A stretch of DNA of 64,000 nucleotides, taken from NCBI GenBank assembly GCA_035258845.1, contig DATFWX010000154.1:2659-66658 (forward strand), written 5' to 3'. The notes beneath the pieces were generated by a model that saw nothing but the letters and a program-made list of their open reading frames with translations, had not been told where the DNA came from and made no database searches. The DNA comes from Polyangia bacterium. GTDB taxonomy: Bacteria; Myxococcota_A; Polyangia; JAHFDS01; DATFWX01. This document shows, piece after piece, positions 28,684-40,591 of this stretch (position 1 is the stretch's first letter; each line of letters begins with the position of its first letter). A program made the translations under genes and the position numbers.

Positions 28684-29439
28684 GTGCGCATTAAGTCCTA
28701 TAGCGGAGCCAAGGGGTTCGGTTACATCGAGCGCGAAGGCAGCGAGGACGTGATCTTCGACATCACCGCCTGCGAGCGTTTCACGCCGCGCGTGGGCGAC
28801 GAAATCGACGCCGAGATCAGGCCCGGGCGCGACGGCAAGCCACGCGCGGTATCGGTTCGGCTGCGGGCCCGCAACATCCCGGAACGGGAGGCCATGCGTG
28901 AAACCGCAGCGCGCCTGGAAGACGCGCTCGACACCTACCGCGATTTCGGGCTGTTTCAGGGTCTGACCTGGCGCGAGCTGTGCGAGCACTTTCTCCGGCG
29001 TCGGGAGGCGCTGCCCGACTCGATGACCGTCGAGGACGTGGTGGCGCTGCTCATCGATCGCTGGTCGCGCGGGGTCGAAACCGCGCGTCTGTTCGTGCAT
29101 TCCCAGGACTTCCATCCGCCCAAGGCGATCGAGCAGCTCGAGGAGCTGCTCGCCGACACACCGGTCAAGATCGAGTTCCTCAAGCAGCATGGCCACACCA
29201 TCACGCTGCACGCGCCCACGCTGGCGGAGCAGCCGCAGACATTCGAGCTGTATGGCTTGCCCGACCTGGTGGCTGTGTACAACCAGGCGCTGCACCACAC
29301 GCAGCACGAGGATCGGTTGTTCCCGCTGGCGAGCCGCGACGACTACGTGTACATCCGGCTCAGTCTGGCCCAGGCCCGCGAGATCCGGCGCCGCGATCTC
29401 CTCCCCATCCACTGGGTCGAGGTTGAACCTTTCTTATAG
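28684..29439 (+). CDS. cold-shock-domain-like protein with a C-terminal extension of unknown function
   Basis: GTG start at Val99 of ORF 28390..29439. VRIKSYSGAKGFGYIEREGSEDVIFDI...VGDEIDAEI...KPRAVSV is CSD-like. About 190 further residues have no recognised domain. Confidence 0.55.
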   Translation: MRIKSYSGAKGFGYIEREGSEDVIFDITACERFTPRVGDEIDAEIRPGRDGKPRAVSVRLRARNIPEREAMRETAARLEDALDTYRDFGLFQGLTWRELCEHFLRRREALPDSMTVEDVVALLIDRWSRGVETARLFVHSQDFHPPKAIEQLEELLADTPVKIEFLKQHGHTITLHAPTLAEQPQTFELYGLPDLVAVYNQALHHTQHEDRLFPLASRDDYVYIRLSLAQAREIRRRDLLPIHWVEVEPFL

Positions 29440-29931
29440 ATCGATTTTGAGCGTGCGCGAGAGGGCGCGGTAGCCCAGCGCGTGGTAGAAGCGGCCCGCG
29501 GTCTGGTTGCCCTCCCAGACCGTGAGCACGATCTCGACCGCGCCCCCAGCCCGCGCCCATTCAGTGGCTGCCGCCATGAGCTTGCGGCCGATGCCACGCC
29601 GACGGTGGGAGCGGGTGACCACGAGGTCTTCGATGTGCGCGCGCCGGCGCGGCACCATGGTCGGCAGCGGCGGCGTATCGTAGAGCTGCACATGGACCAG
29701 GCCGACCGGTGCGCCGGAGGCGACCGCGAGCAGCACGGTCTGATCAGGGCTCTGCAAGGCCTCGGCGATAAAGCTGGCGGACCGGGGGTGACCGGGCGCC
29801 TCCTGGAAAAAGGCGGGCTCGAGGCGCGCGTGCAGCGCGTCCACCTCGCGCCACAGGCCTTCCAGCACCGGCCGGTCGTCGCCGGTTGCCGGCCGGATCA
29901 CGATCTCGCGCGCGCTCGGGCCCGGCCGCAT
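29434..29931 (-). CDS. GNAT family N-acetyltransferase
   Basis: ...LVVTRSHRRRGIGRKLMAAA... is the acetyl-CoA motif. The start overlaps the stop of the response regulator (TGATG). Confidence 0.8.
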   Translation of the reverse strand: MRPGPSAREIVIRPATGDDRPVLEGLWREVDALHARLEPAFFQEAPGHPRSASFIAEALQSPDQTVLLAVASGAPVGLVHVQLYDTPPLPTMVPRRRAHIEDLVVTRSHRRRGIGRKLMAAATEWARAGGAVEIVLTVWEGNQTAGRFYHALGYRALSRTLKIDL

Positions 29932-30308
29932 CACGAGTCCGGCGCCATCAGGGCGCGCAGCACCTGCTCGATCGCCCGCCGATTGACCGGCTTGCGCACG
30001 TATTGATCGGCGCCCAGCTCCAGGGCCTGCCGCTGCACGTCTGGGTTCTCCTCGGTCGTCACCACGACGATCTTGGTGGCCGCGTACCGGCTGTCCTCGC
30101 GCATGCGTTTGATCAACTTCATCCCGTCGAGCACCGGCATGTTGAGATCGAGGAAAACGACGTCGTAGTCGGCCTGTGCGAGCGCCCGCAGGGCCGCCAC
30201 CCCATCGCCCACCTCGTCGACCTCGATCTTGGGGAAGCGCCGGATCGCGAGCAGCAAAAGCTGTCGCATGGCGGGCGAGTCCTCGACGATCAGGATGCGC
30301 TTCGACAT
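29931..30308 (-). CDS. single-domain (CheY-like) response regulator
   Basis: Start at Met67 of ORF 29931..30506. MSKRILIVEDSPAMR...VVFLDLNMPVLDG...TTE...YVRKP. Confidence 0.85.
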   Translation of the reverse strand: MSKRILIVEDSPAMRQLLLLAIRRFPKIEVDEVGDGVAALRALAQADYDVVFLDLNMPVLDGMKLIKRMREDSRYAATKIVVVTTEENPDVQRQALELGADQYVRKPVNRRAIEQVLRALMAPDS

Positions 30309-31168
30309 GACTGTGCTGGGGGCGCGGCCACGGCGCCCGTGCCCAGGGTGTGCGCGAGAAACGGAGCCACCATTTGCAGAAACACCTCGGGCCGCTCCTC
30401 GTGCGGAGTGTGGCCCGTGCACGGCACCAGGCGCAACGGCGCCGGCAGCTCTCGCGCCAGTCGCCGGCCGTTGCTGAGCGGCTGCAGAGCGTCGCGCTCG
30501 CCCCACACCACCAGCGCGGGCGGGCGCCGCGGGCCCAGTCGTTCGACCAGCGGATCAAAGCGCGCCAGCGCCTGCAGGCTCGCCAGCACGGCTTCGCGAC
30601 CGCCCGGCCGGTTGAGCCGATCCCAAAAGTAATCGATGGCCTCGCTGGTGAGTGGATGCTGCTGGCCGTAGGCCAGATGCCTGAGCGAGTAGGCAAACTG
30701 TGCGCGCGTGTAGATCCGCTTGAAGAGCAAATCGCCGAGCCCCGGGATCAGCGCAAGCTGCGCGACCAGCGGCAGTGGGGCCGGGTAGCTGGCTGCGCAC
30801 TCGAGCACCAGCGCGCTCACGCGCTCGGGTGCCAGGGCCGCCATTGCCAGCGCGACCCCGCCCCCCATCGAGTGGCCGAGCAGGCCCGCGCGCGCGACCG
30901 CGAGCCGATCGAGCGCGTCCAGAACCGTGCGCGCAAAGGCGTCGAAGCCGTATGGGTAGCGCGACGGCGCGGGCCGGTCCGATTCTCCGAAACCCGGCAG
31001 ATCGAGCGCGATCACGTCGTAGCGCTCGGCCAGTGCGGGGATGATGTCGCGGAAGTAGAAGTGCGACATGATCCAGCCGTGCAACAGCACTAGCGATGGC
31101 CCAGCACCGCGCCGGTGAACGAACACGCTCACGCCCTGCACGTCGACCAGGCTGCCGGGCAAGCTCAC
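30290..31168 (-). CDS. alpha/beta hydrolase
   Basis: HGW oxyanion region and GHSMGG nucleophile elbow. I prefer the GTG at 31168, because upstream codons (LILCVLCVLC) are just the translated arm of hairpin C. Confidence 0.75.
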   Translation of the reverse strand: MSLPGSLVDVQGVSVFVHRRGAGPSLVLLHGWIMSHFYFRDIIPALAERYDVIALDLPGFGESDRPAPSRYPYGFDAFARTVLDALDRLAVARAGLLGHSMGGGVALAMAALAPERVSALVLECAASYPAPLPLVAQLALIPGLGDLLFKRIYTRAQFAYSLRHLAYGQQHPLTSEAIDYFWDRLNRPGGREAVLASLQALARFDPLVERLGPRRPPALVVWGERDALQPLSNGRRLARELPAPLRLVPCTGHTPHEERPEVFLQMVAPFLAHTLGTGAVAAPPAQSCRSAS

Positions 31169-31191
31169 GTCACAATAGTACCAGGACCGTT

Positions 31192-31302
31192 CACCACAGA
31201 GAACACAGAGAACACAGAGGATAAGAAGGCCCACGGGATCGGCCGTCTCGTCTGGAGCCGGATCCTGTTTCCTTCTCCGTGTTCTCTGTGTTCTCTGTGG
31301 TT
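31192..31302 (-). repeat. long hairpin whose arms are tandem 9-nt units (element C)
   Basis: Left arm C CACAGAGAA CACAGAGAA CACAGAGG (31194-31220). Right arm CTCCGTG TTCTCTGTG TTCTCTGTG G (31275-31300). 22 perfect bp plus an extension, with a loop of about 54 nt. It starts 4 nt after the ptsI stop. Confidence 0.85.
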
Positions 31303-31306
31303 TTGA

Positions 31307-33127
31307 TTAGTTCTTGGGACGCGTGCGTGGGATCGGGGTCGAGCGCACGACCGTGGTCGGGGGCTCGGTGTCGCCGGGCGCGTCCCCCTTGAGGATGTGC
31401 TCGGGGAAGCGCGCCGACATGGTCTCCCACACCACCCGCTCGATTTCACCGACCGTAGCCTTGCGCATCACTTCCTCGGCCAGCGCCCGCGCCTCGCTCG
31501 CGGTCGAGCTGCGCAGCACGCTTTTGACGATTGGAATCGCGGTCGGGTTCATCGACAGCTCGTCGAGCCCCAGACCCACCAGCACCAGCGCGAACAAGGG
31601 CTCGCCCGCCATCTCGCCGCACATCGCGACCGGAATGCCAGCATCGTGCCCGGCCCGAATCGTGTTCCGGATCAACCGCAGGATGGCCGGATGCAGGGGC
31701 CGGTACAGGTAGCTCACGTGCTCGTTGCCCCGATCGATCGCCAGCGCATACTGGATCAGATCGTTGGTTCCGATCGAGAAGAAGTCGCAGTCCTTGGCCA
31801 GAAGGTCCGCGCACAGGGCCGCGCTCGGCATCTCGACCATGACCCCGATGGGCGGGTAGCCGTGCCGCAGCCCCTCCAGCTCCAGCTCGCCGCGCGCCTC
31901 CTCGACCACTGCGCGCGCCTCGCGCAGCTCGTCGACGCCGGAGACCATCGGGAACATGATGCGCAGCGAACCCTCGGCGGCTGCTCGCAGCAGCGCCCGC
32001 AGCTGCACCTTGAACAGGGGACGCTCCTTCAGGCACAGCCGGATCGAGCGCAGACCCAGCGCCGGGTTCATCTCGCCGCTCGGCCCCGGCACCAAGCCAA
32101 GCTTGTCACCGCCCAGGTCGAACGTGCGGAAAGTGATCACCTTGCCCGCCATCCGACCCAGCACCTGCCGCGCGTAGTCGAGATGCTCTTCCTCGAGCGG
32201 CAGCGTGGTGCGGTTCATGTACAGGAATTCGGTCCGATACAGACCGATGCCCTCGGCGCCGTGCTTGACCGAGGGCTCGATCTCGTCCATCAGCTCCACG
32301 TTGGCGTGCAGGTGCACGCGCATGCCGTCCTTGGTCTCGGCCGGCAGGTCGCGGTTGAGCATCAGCTCGGCCTCGAAGGCCGCGTACCTGCGTGCCCGCG
32401 CCCGATACTGCGCGACCACGTCGGCCGGTGGATCCAGAATCACCTCGCCTCGGATCCCGTCGACGATCACGAGGTCGCCGTTGCCAACCCGCTGCGTGAT
32501 GTCGTCGAGCCCCACCACCGCCGGCAGCTCGAAGGCACGCGCCAGAATCGCGGTGTGCGAGGTCTTGCCGCCGGCGTCGGTCAGGAAGGCCAGCACCGCG
32601 TGCCGGTGCAGGAGCGCCGTGTCGGCCGGCGACAGATCATGCGTCACCACCACCGCGTCCGGAGGCGGCTGGAACACCGCGTGCTCCTCGACCCCGAGCA
32701 GGTTGCGGATGATGCGGTCGCCCACGAAGTCGACGTCCGAGCGCCGCTCGCGGAAGTACTGATCGTCGACCGTGTCGAACAGGCCCTTGATGGCCTCGAC
32801 CGCCTTGCGCAGGGCCCACTCGGCGTTGACGCGCTCATCGCGGATGATGCGCCGGGTCGGCTCGACCAGGTGCTCGTCGTGCAGGATGAGCTGGTGCGCT
32901 TCCAGGATCTGGAAATGCTCCTCCCCCTCGCGCTCCTTGAGCTTCTGCTTGATGCGCTCGAGCTGCTGGTCGCTCTCGCGCAGCGCGGCCTCGAAGCGCC
33001 GGATCTCCTTCTCGACTTCCTCGGGCGGGATGTGCTGCTTGGGCGTCTTGACCTTGCGACGGTCGAGCAGATAGACCCGTCCGATCGCGACCCCGGGTGA
33101 GGCCGCGATACCGAACAGCCTGGTCAT
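31307..33127 (-). CDS. ptsI: phosphoenolpyruvate-protein phosphotransferase (PTS enzyme I, no GAF domain)
   Basis: Start at Met8 (MTRLFGIAASPGVAIG...). ...GGKTSHTAILAR... is the active-site His region. ...FFSIGTNDLIQY... Confidence 0.9.
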   Translation of the reverse strand: MTRLFGIAASPGVAIGRVYLLDRRKVKTPKQHIPPEEVEKEIRRFEAALRESDQQLERIKQKLKEREGEEHFQILEAHQLILHDEHLVEPTRRIIRDERVNAEWALRKAVEAIKGLFDTVDDQYFRERRSDVDFVGDRIIRNLLGVEEHAVFQPPPDAVVVTHDLSPADTALLHRHAVLAFLTDAGGKTSHTAILARAFELPAVVGLDDITQRVGNGDLVIVDGIRGEVILDPPADVVAQYRARARRYAAFEAELMLNRDLPAETKDGMRVHLHANVELMDEIEPSVKHGAEGIGLYRTEFLYMNRTTLPLEEEHLDYARQVLGRMAGKVITFRTFDLGGDKLGLVPGPSGEMNPALGLRSIRLCLKERPLFKVQLRALLRAAAEGSLRIMFPMVSGVDELREARAVVEEARGELELEGLRHGYPPIGVMVEMPSAALCADLLAKDCDFFSIGTNDLIQYALAIDRGNEHVSYLYRPLHPAILRLIRNTIRAGHDAGIPVAMCGEMAGEPLFALVLVGLGLDELSMNPTAIPIVKSVLRSSTASEARALAEEVMRKATVGEIERVVWETMSARFPEHILKGDAPGDTEPPTTVVRSTPIPRTRPKN

Positions 33128-33160
33128 GGTGCCGCCGCTTTCGTCCACGCTCCTCCCTCC

Positions 33161-33442
33161 CTACTCCTCCCCAAACTTGTCGCGCACCAGCTCCCCGAGC
33201 GCGTCCAGCGCCGCCGGGGCGTCAGGCCCCATCGTACGCACCTTGATGAAGGTTCCCTTGGCTGCCACCAGCATCAAAACGCCCATGATGCTCTTGCCGT
33301 TGACAGTCTGACCGTCCTTCTCCACCTGCACGTCACTGCGATACCTGTTGGCCGTCTGCACGAACTTGGTGGCCGCCCGCGCATGCATGCCGAGCTGGTT
33401 CACGATCTCGAACGTCGCCTCGGCCACCTCGCTCACACTCAC
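33161..33442 (-). CDS. ptsH: phosphocarrier protein HPr
   Basis: NQLGMHARAA (His15-like) and NGKSIMGV (Ser46-like). The GTG start forms a GTGA overlap with the EIIA stop. Confidence 0.85.
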   Translation of the reverse strand: MSVSEVAEATFEIVNQLGMHARAATKFVQTANRYRSDVQVEKDGQTVNGKSIMGVLMLVAAKGTFIKVRTMGPDAPAALDALGELVRDKFGEE

Positions 33443-33879
33443 TCGATCTCCTCGATGTGAAGCCGTCCCGTGATCTCGCTGCCCAACCGGATCGAGCGCC
33501 GCCCGGTCTGCAGCAGCAGCTCGGCCAGGTCGCGCGGCCCATCCTTGCGCTCGCAGGTGGCCAGCTTGAGCAGCATGGCCATGTTGAGCCCGCACAACAC
33601 CTCCACGTTGTGCGCTCCATCCATCAGCGCCATGCAAAGATTGGATGGGGTGGCGCCGTGGAGATCGACCAAAAACAGCACCCCCAGCCCGCTGTCCACC
33701 TCGTACGAGGCGGTCTCGAGCCTGGCGTTGGTGATCTCGGGCGGATCGGTCGTGCTCACGGTGACCACACGCAGCTCGGGCAGATCGCCGACGATTGCCT
33801 GCGTGTCCCGGACCATCTCGGCGCCGTGGAGGCCGTGCGTCACCACCACGACGCCTGTCATCGCACTGTTCCGGCTCAC
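33439..33879 (-). CDS. PTS EIIA component, mannose/fructose family
   Basis: ...VVVVTHGLHGAEM... is the active-site His region. GTGA overlap with the rapZ stop. An alternative ATG lies at 33861. Confidence 0.8.
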   Translation of the reverse strand: MSRNSAMTGVVVVTHGLHGAEMVRDTQAIVGDLPELRVVTVSTTDPPEITNARLETASYEVDSGLGVLFLVDLHGATPSNLCMALMDGAHNVEVLCGLNMAMLLKLATCERKDGPRDLAELLLQTGRRSIRLGSEITGRLHIEEIE

Positions 33880-34718
33880 GTCCTCTCCAGATCGCGGTGA
33901 CGAATCGTCACGCTGTATTGGGGATCGATCCGGCGCGCCAGCTCCTCGACCACCGCCACCGAGCGGTGGCGCCCGCCCGTACAGCCGATCGCGACGGTCA
34001 GGTACGCCTTGCCCTCGCGCTCGTAGCGCGGAATCGCATAGCGGAGCAGGCCCCCCACATGCTCTAGAAATTCGCGTGCGTCTTGGTTTCCCATGACGAA
34101 TTGGGCCACCTCGACATCGCGCCCGGTCGAGCCCGACAGCGCCTCGACGAAGTATGGGTTGGGCAGGAAGCGCACGTCCAGCACGATGTCCGCCTCCACG
34201 GGCAGCCCGTGCTTGAAGCCGAACGACACCAGCGTGACCGCGAGCGCTCCGGTGTGGCGCCCGTAGCGCTCCTGGATGATGCCCTTGAGCTGATGCACGG
34301 TCAGCTCACCGGTCTGCACCACCGCCTCCGAGTGCTCGCGCAGCACCTGCAGCGCTTCCCGCTCCTTGCGGATCCCGCCGCGCAGATCGTCGCCGCCCAG
34401 CGGGTGGCGACGCCGGGTTTCCTGGTAGCGCCGCACCAGCACCTCGTCAGGCGCATCCAGGAACAGGACCTCGAGCGAGTGGCCGGCCGTGCGCAGCGCC
34501 TGCAGGGCCGCCGTCGCACCGCCCAGGAACTCCTTCTCGCGGGCGTCCACCACCAGCGCCGCCTTCTCGACCTCGTGGCTGGCCGATAGTAGCTCCATGA
34601 AGCGGCCCAGAAGCGGCAGCGGCAGGTTGTCCACGCAGTAGTAGTCGAGATCCTCGAGCGCGCGCAGCGCGGTCGACTTGCCGGCCCCGCTCATGCCGGT
34701 GACGATGATGATCCGCAT
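33876..34718 (-). CDS. rapZ: RNase adapter protein RapZ (YvcJ/YhbJ family)
   Basis: MRIIIVTGMSGAGKSTALRALEDLDYYCVDNLP... and ...IGCTGGRHRSV... Confidence 0.9.
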   Translation of the reverse strand: MRIIIVTGMSGAGKSTALRALEDLDYYCVDNLPLPLLGRFMELLSASHEVEKAALVVDAREKEFLGGATAALQALRTAGHSLEVLFLDAPDEVLVRRYQETRRRHPLGGDDLRGGIRKEREALQVLREHSEAVVQTGELTVHQLKGIIQERYGRHTGALAVTLVSFGFKHGLPVEADIVLDVRFLPNPYFVEALSGSTGRDVEVAQFVMGNQDAREFLEHVGGLLRYAIPRYEREGKAYLTVAIGCTGGRHRSVAVVEELARRIDPQYSVTIRHRDLERT

Positions 34719-34721
34719 CGC

Positions 34722-35687
34722 CTACTCGACCTCGTCGCCGTGAAAGGCCAGGGGGCGGGCCTCCGCGATGGCCTTGTTCAGCCGATCCTGGAACTCGCGC
34801 GCCGAGTGGTGGCCCTGCAGCTTGAGCAGCATGTTGCGCGCCGCCACCTCGATGATCGAGGTCATGTTGCGGCCCGGGCGGATCGGCACCCGCAGCATCG
34901 GGATCTCGACGTCGAGGATCTGATAGGTCAGCTCCTCCACGCCCAGCCGGTCGTACTCCTCGTTCTCGTCCCACTCGACCAGCTCCACCACCAGCTCGAG
35001 CTTCTTGGTGTCGCGCACCGCCGCGATTCCGAACAGATCCTTGATGTTGATGATGCCCAGGCCCCGGATCTCCATGTGGTGCCGGATGATCTCGTGGCCC
35101 GAGCCGAACACGGTGTCGGGCGGCCGCTTGCGGATGTCGACGATGTCGTCGGCCACCAGGCGGTGGCCGCGCATGACCAGGTCGAGCGCGGCCTCGCTCT
35201 TGCCGATGCCCGACTTGCCGAGCAGAAGGATGCCGACGCCCAGCACATCCAGCAGCACGCCGTGCAGCGAGGTCTGGGGCGCCAGCTGATCCTCGAGATA
35301 CTTGGTGATGCGATTGATGAACACCGAGCTCATCAGGGGCGAGCGCATGACCGGCACCGAGTGCTGATTGGACTCGTCGATCAGGAGCTGCGGCACCTCG
35401 AGCCCGCGCGTGACCACGATGCAGGCCGGCTCCAGAGAGACCAGACCCACGATCCCCCGACGCCGTGCGTCGTCGTCGAGGGTGGCCAGATAGGACACCT
35501 CGGTCAAGCCCAGCACCTGTACGCGCTCGCGGTGCACGTGCTCGGTGTAGCCGGTCAGCGCCAGCCCCGGCTTCTGGATTCGGGGCGCGGTCACCCGGCG
35601 TCCCAGCCCCGATCCGCCGGCAATCAGCTCCAAAGCCAGCCCGTTCTCGGCGTCGTTGAGCAGCGCTTCTACGCGCAGCGACGGCAT
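34722..35687 (-). CDS. hprK: HPr(Ser) kinase/phosphorylase
   Basis: P-loop LLGKSGIGKSEAALDL, plus ...LVADD... and ...IRGLGIINI... Confidence 0.9.
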   Translation of the reverse strand: MPSLRVEALLNDAENGLALELIAGGSGLGRRVTAPRIQKPGLALTGYTEHVHRERVQVLGLTEVSYLATLDDDARRRGIVGLVSLEPACIVVTRGLEVPQLLIDESNQHSVPVMRSPLMSSVFINRITKYLEDQLAPQTSLHGVLLDVLGVGILLLGKSGIGKSEAALDLVMRGHRLVADDIVDIRKRPPDTVFGSGHEIIRHHMEIRGLGIINIKDLFGIAAVRDTKKLELVVELVEWDENEEYDRLGVEELTYQILDVEIPMLRVPIRPGRNMTSIIEVAARNMLLKLQGHHSAREFQDRLNKAIAEARPLAFHGDEVE

Positions 35688-35688
35688 T

Positions 35689-35814
35689 GAAGGCGGGCTC
35701 CAGGCTTCAGGCTACGGGCTACAGGAGAACCACGCTTGCGTGCGTCGGGCACGAAGCGGGCGCTGGCCGGGCTGGGGCCGGCAGCCTGAAGCCTGTAGCC
35801 TGTGGCCTGCCTTC
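35689..35814 (-). repeat. long imperfect hairpin whose arms are tandem 7-nt units (element D)
   Basis: Left arm GAAGGCGGGCT CCAGGCT TCAGGCT ACGGGCT ACAGG. Right arm CAGCCTG AAGCCTG TAGCCTG TGGCCTG CCTTC. It fills the ptsN-hprK spacer to within 3 nt of the ptsN stop and 1 nt of the hprK ATG. Confidence 0.8.
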
Positions 35815-35817
35815 TCA

Positions 35818-36279
35818 TTAGTACTTCGCGTCCTCCTCGGCGATCACGCGGTACAGGTCGGCCGCGGATGGCGCCTCCATCAGCCGCTCGCGGAACTCGC
35901 CGCTCTTGAACAGCCGACTGATGCGCGCCAGCGCCTTGAGGTGCGCGCCGGTCGAGTTCTCGGGTGCGATGAGCACGAAGAAGATATGGGTCGGGCGACC
36001 GTCCATGGACTGGAAGTCGACGCCCTCGCGCGACCGGCCCACGCACGCAACCAGCTGACCGGCGCCTTCGAGCTTGCCGTGTGGGATCGCCACCCCTTCT
36101 CCGATCGCGGTCGAGGCCAGCTTCTCGCGCTCCAGAAGCACGCGCACGAGGTCGTCCTTGCGGAACGGCTGCACGCGCTCGGCGAGCTGCGCCGCCAGCT
36201 CATGGATCACGCCCGGCTTGTCGCGGGCGTGCAGGTCGGGAACAATCAAGTCCTCTCGGACAAACTCTGTGATCTTCAC
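35818..36279 (-). CDS. ptsN: PTS IIA-like nitrogen-regulatory protein PtsN (EIIA-Ntr)
   Basis: ...STAIGEGVAIPHGKL... is the active-site His region. 153 aa. Confidence 0.85.
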   Translation of the reverse strand: MKITEFVREDLIVPDLHARDKPGVIHELAAQLAERVQPFRKDDLVRVLLEREKLASTAIGEGVAIPHGKLEGAGQLVACVGRSREGVDFQSMDGRPTHIFFVLIAPENSTGAHLKALARISRLFKSGEFRERLMEAPSAADLYRVIAEEDAKY

Positions 36280-36319
36280 TGAAAACCCCAGATCAACCTA
36301 AAATTTAATCGTCCCCGGG

Positions 36320-36973
36320 TCAACTGGCCTTGTGCTCCGCCTCCACGCCCTCCTGGGTCTCGATCAGCCCGTAGTTGCCGTCCTTGCGCCGATACACCAC
36401 GTTGACCTGCCGCGACGACGCGTTCATGAACACCAGGAACTCGTTTTCGAGCAGGTTCATCTGCATGACTGCCTCCTCGACGGTCATCGGCTTGGCAAAG
36501 AACTTGGACGATTTGATGATCTGCGACTTGGGCTGGTCGGGCGGCGGGCCCGGCTGTGCCTCCGGGCGCCCGGCCCGGCCGCGCGCGACCGCACGCATCT
36601 GCGCCGGCAACCCGTCCGGCTCCATGCTTTCGGCCGACAGCACGCTGGCCCGGATGGGGACGCCCAGTCCCGTGTGCGGCTTGTGATCGCGGATGCGGTC
36701 CTTGTAGCGCCGCACCTGGCGCTCGATCTTCGCCATCACGAGATCGATCGAAGAGTACATGTCCTCGGTCGCCTCGCGGCCCTTGAGCACGATGCCGTTG
36801 TGGAGCGTGATCACCACGTCGACCAGGTGCTGGTAGCCGCGTTCGGCCTGCAGAACTACATGCGCGGTGATGGGGTCGGGAAAGTACTTTCTGATCTTTT
36901 CCAGCTTTTCTCTTGCGTAGTCGCGAATTGCATCGGTGGCTTCCATGTGGCGGAACGTCACGGAAAGGTTCAT
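36320..36973 (-). CDS. hpf: ribosome hibernation-promoting factor, long form
   Basis: MNLSVTFRHMEATDAIRDYAREKLEKI... is the S30AE domain. C-terminal dimerisation domain ...KPMTVEEAVMQMNLLENEFLVF... Confidence 0.9.
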   Translation of the reverse strand: MNLSVTFRHMEATDAIRDYAREKLEKIRKYFPDPITAHVVLQAERGYQHLVDVVITLHNGIVLKGREATEDMYSSIDLVMAKIERQVRRYKDRIRDHKPHTGLGVPIRASVLSAESMEPDGLPAQMRAVARGRAGRPEAQPGPPPDQPKSQIIKSSKFFAKPMTVEEAVMQMNLLENEFLVFMNASSRQVNVVYRRKDGNYGLIETQEGVEAEHKAS

Positions 36974-37012
36974 GACCGGCGCCTCCTCTCGCGCCTGATT
37001 CCACCTACCGAA

Positions 37013-38515
<1,503 letters not shown>

Positions 38516-38681
38516 CTCGTCCCCGACCACCTCTCTGGCGATTCTCTAAATCGTTTCAAATATTTACGATCAGAGACAGGATGAATCTATCATCCTCGAA
38601 AGGCTTTGTCCACACTAAAACGCACGCGTGGTATGGAAGTTGCTAAGAGCTGGCACACCGCTTTTCACACGCCCGCACTTG

Positions 38682-40457
<1,776 letters not shown>

Positions 40458-40591
40458 CTACGCGATTTGCCAACCCTTCCTCTCTAGCACCAGCACGGAC
40501 CAAATATAGGAGAGGGGCTCTGGGTTGTCAACGCTGAAAGCGGGCGAAGCGGCTTCGGAACCGGGCGCTCGGCCGGGTGTCCGCTTAGAAG

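Noticed and set aside
31169-31234. N-terminal extension MGLLILCVLCVLCGERSWYYCD of the alpha/beta hydrolase ORF, and the mirrored small ORFs 31115..31306 (+) and 31191..31430 (-).
   Set aside because: The repetitive residues are simply the translation of the 9-nt tandem-repeat hairpin arms (element C) on both strands. They are not coding sequence.
38651-38668. Sigma-54-like TGGCAC-N5-TTTTC between pyrG and rpoN.
   Set aside because: It lies on the plus strand and would fire antisense into pyrG. The -12 GC dinucleotide is missing. A similar TGGCAG...TTGT on the minus strand near 25385-25400 has the wrong spacing.
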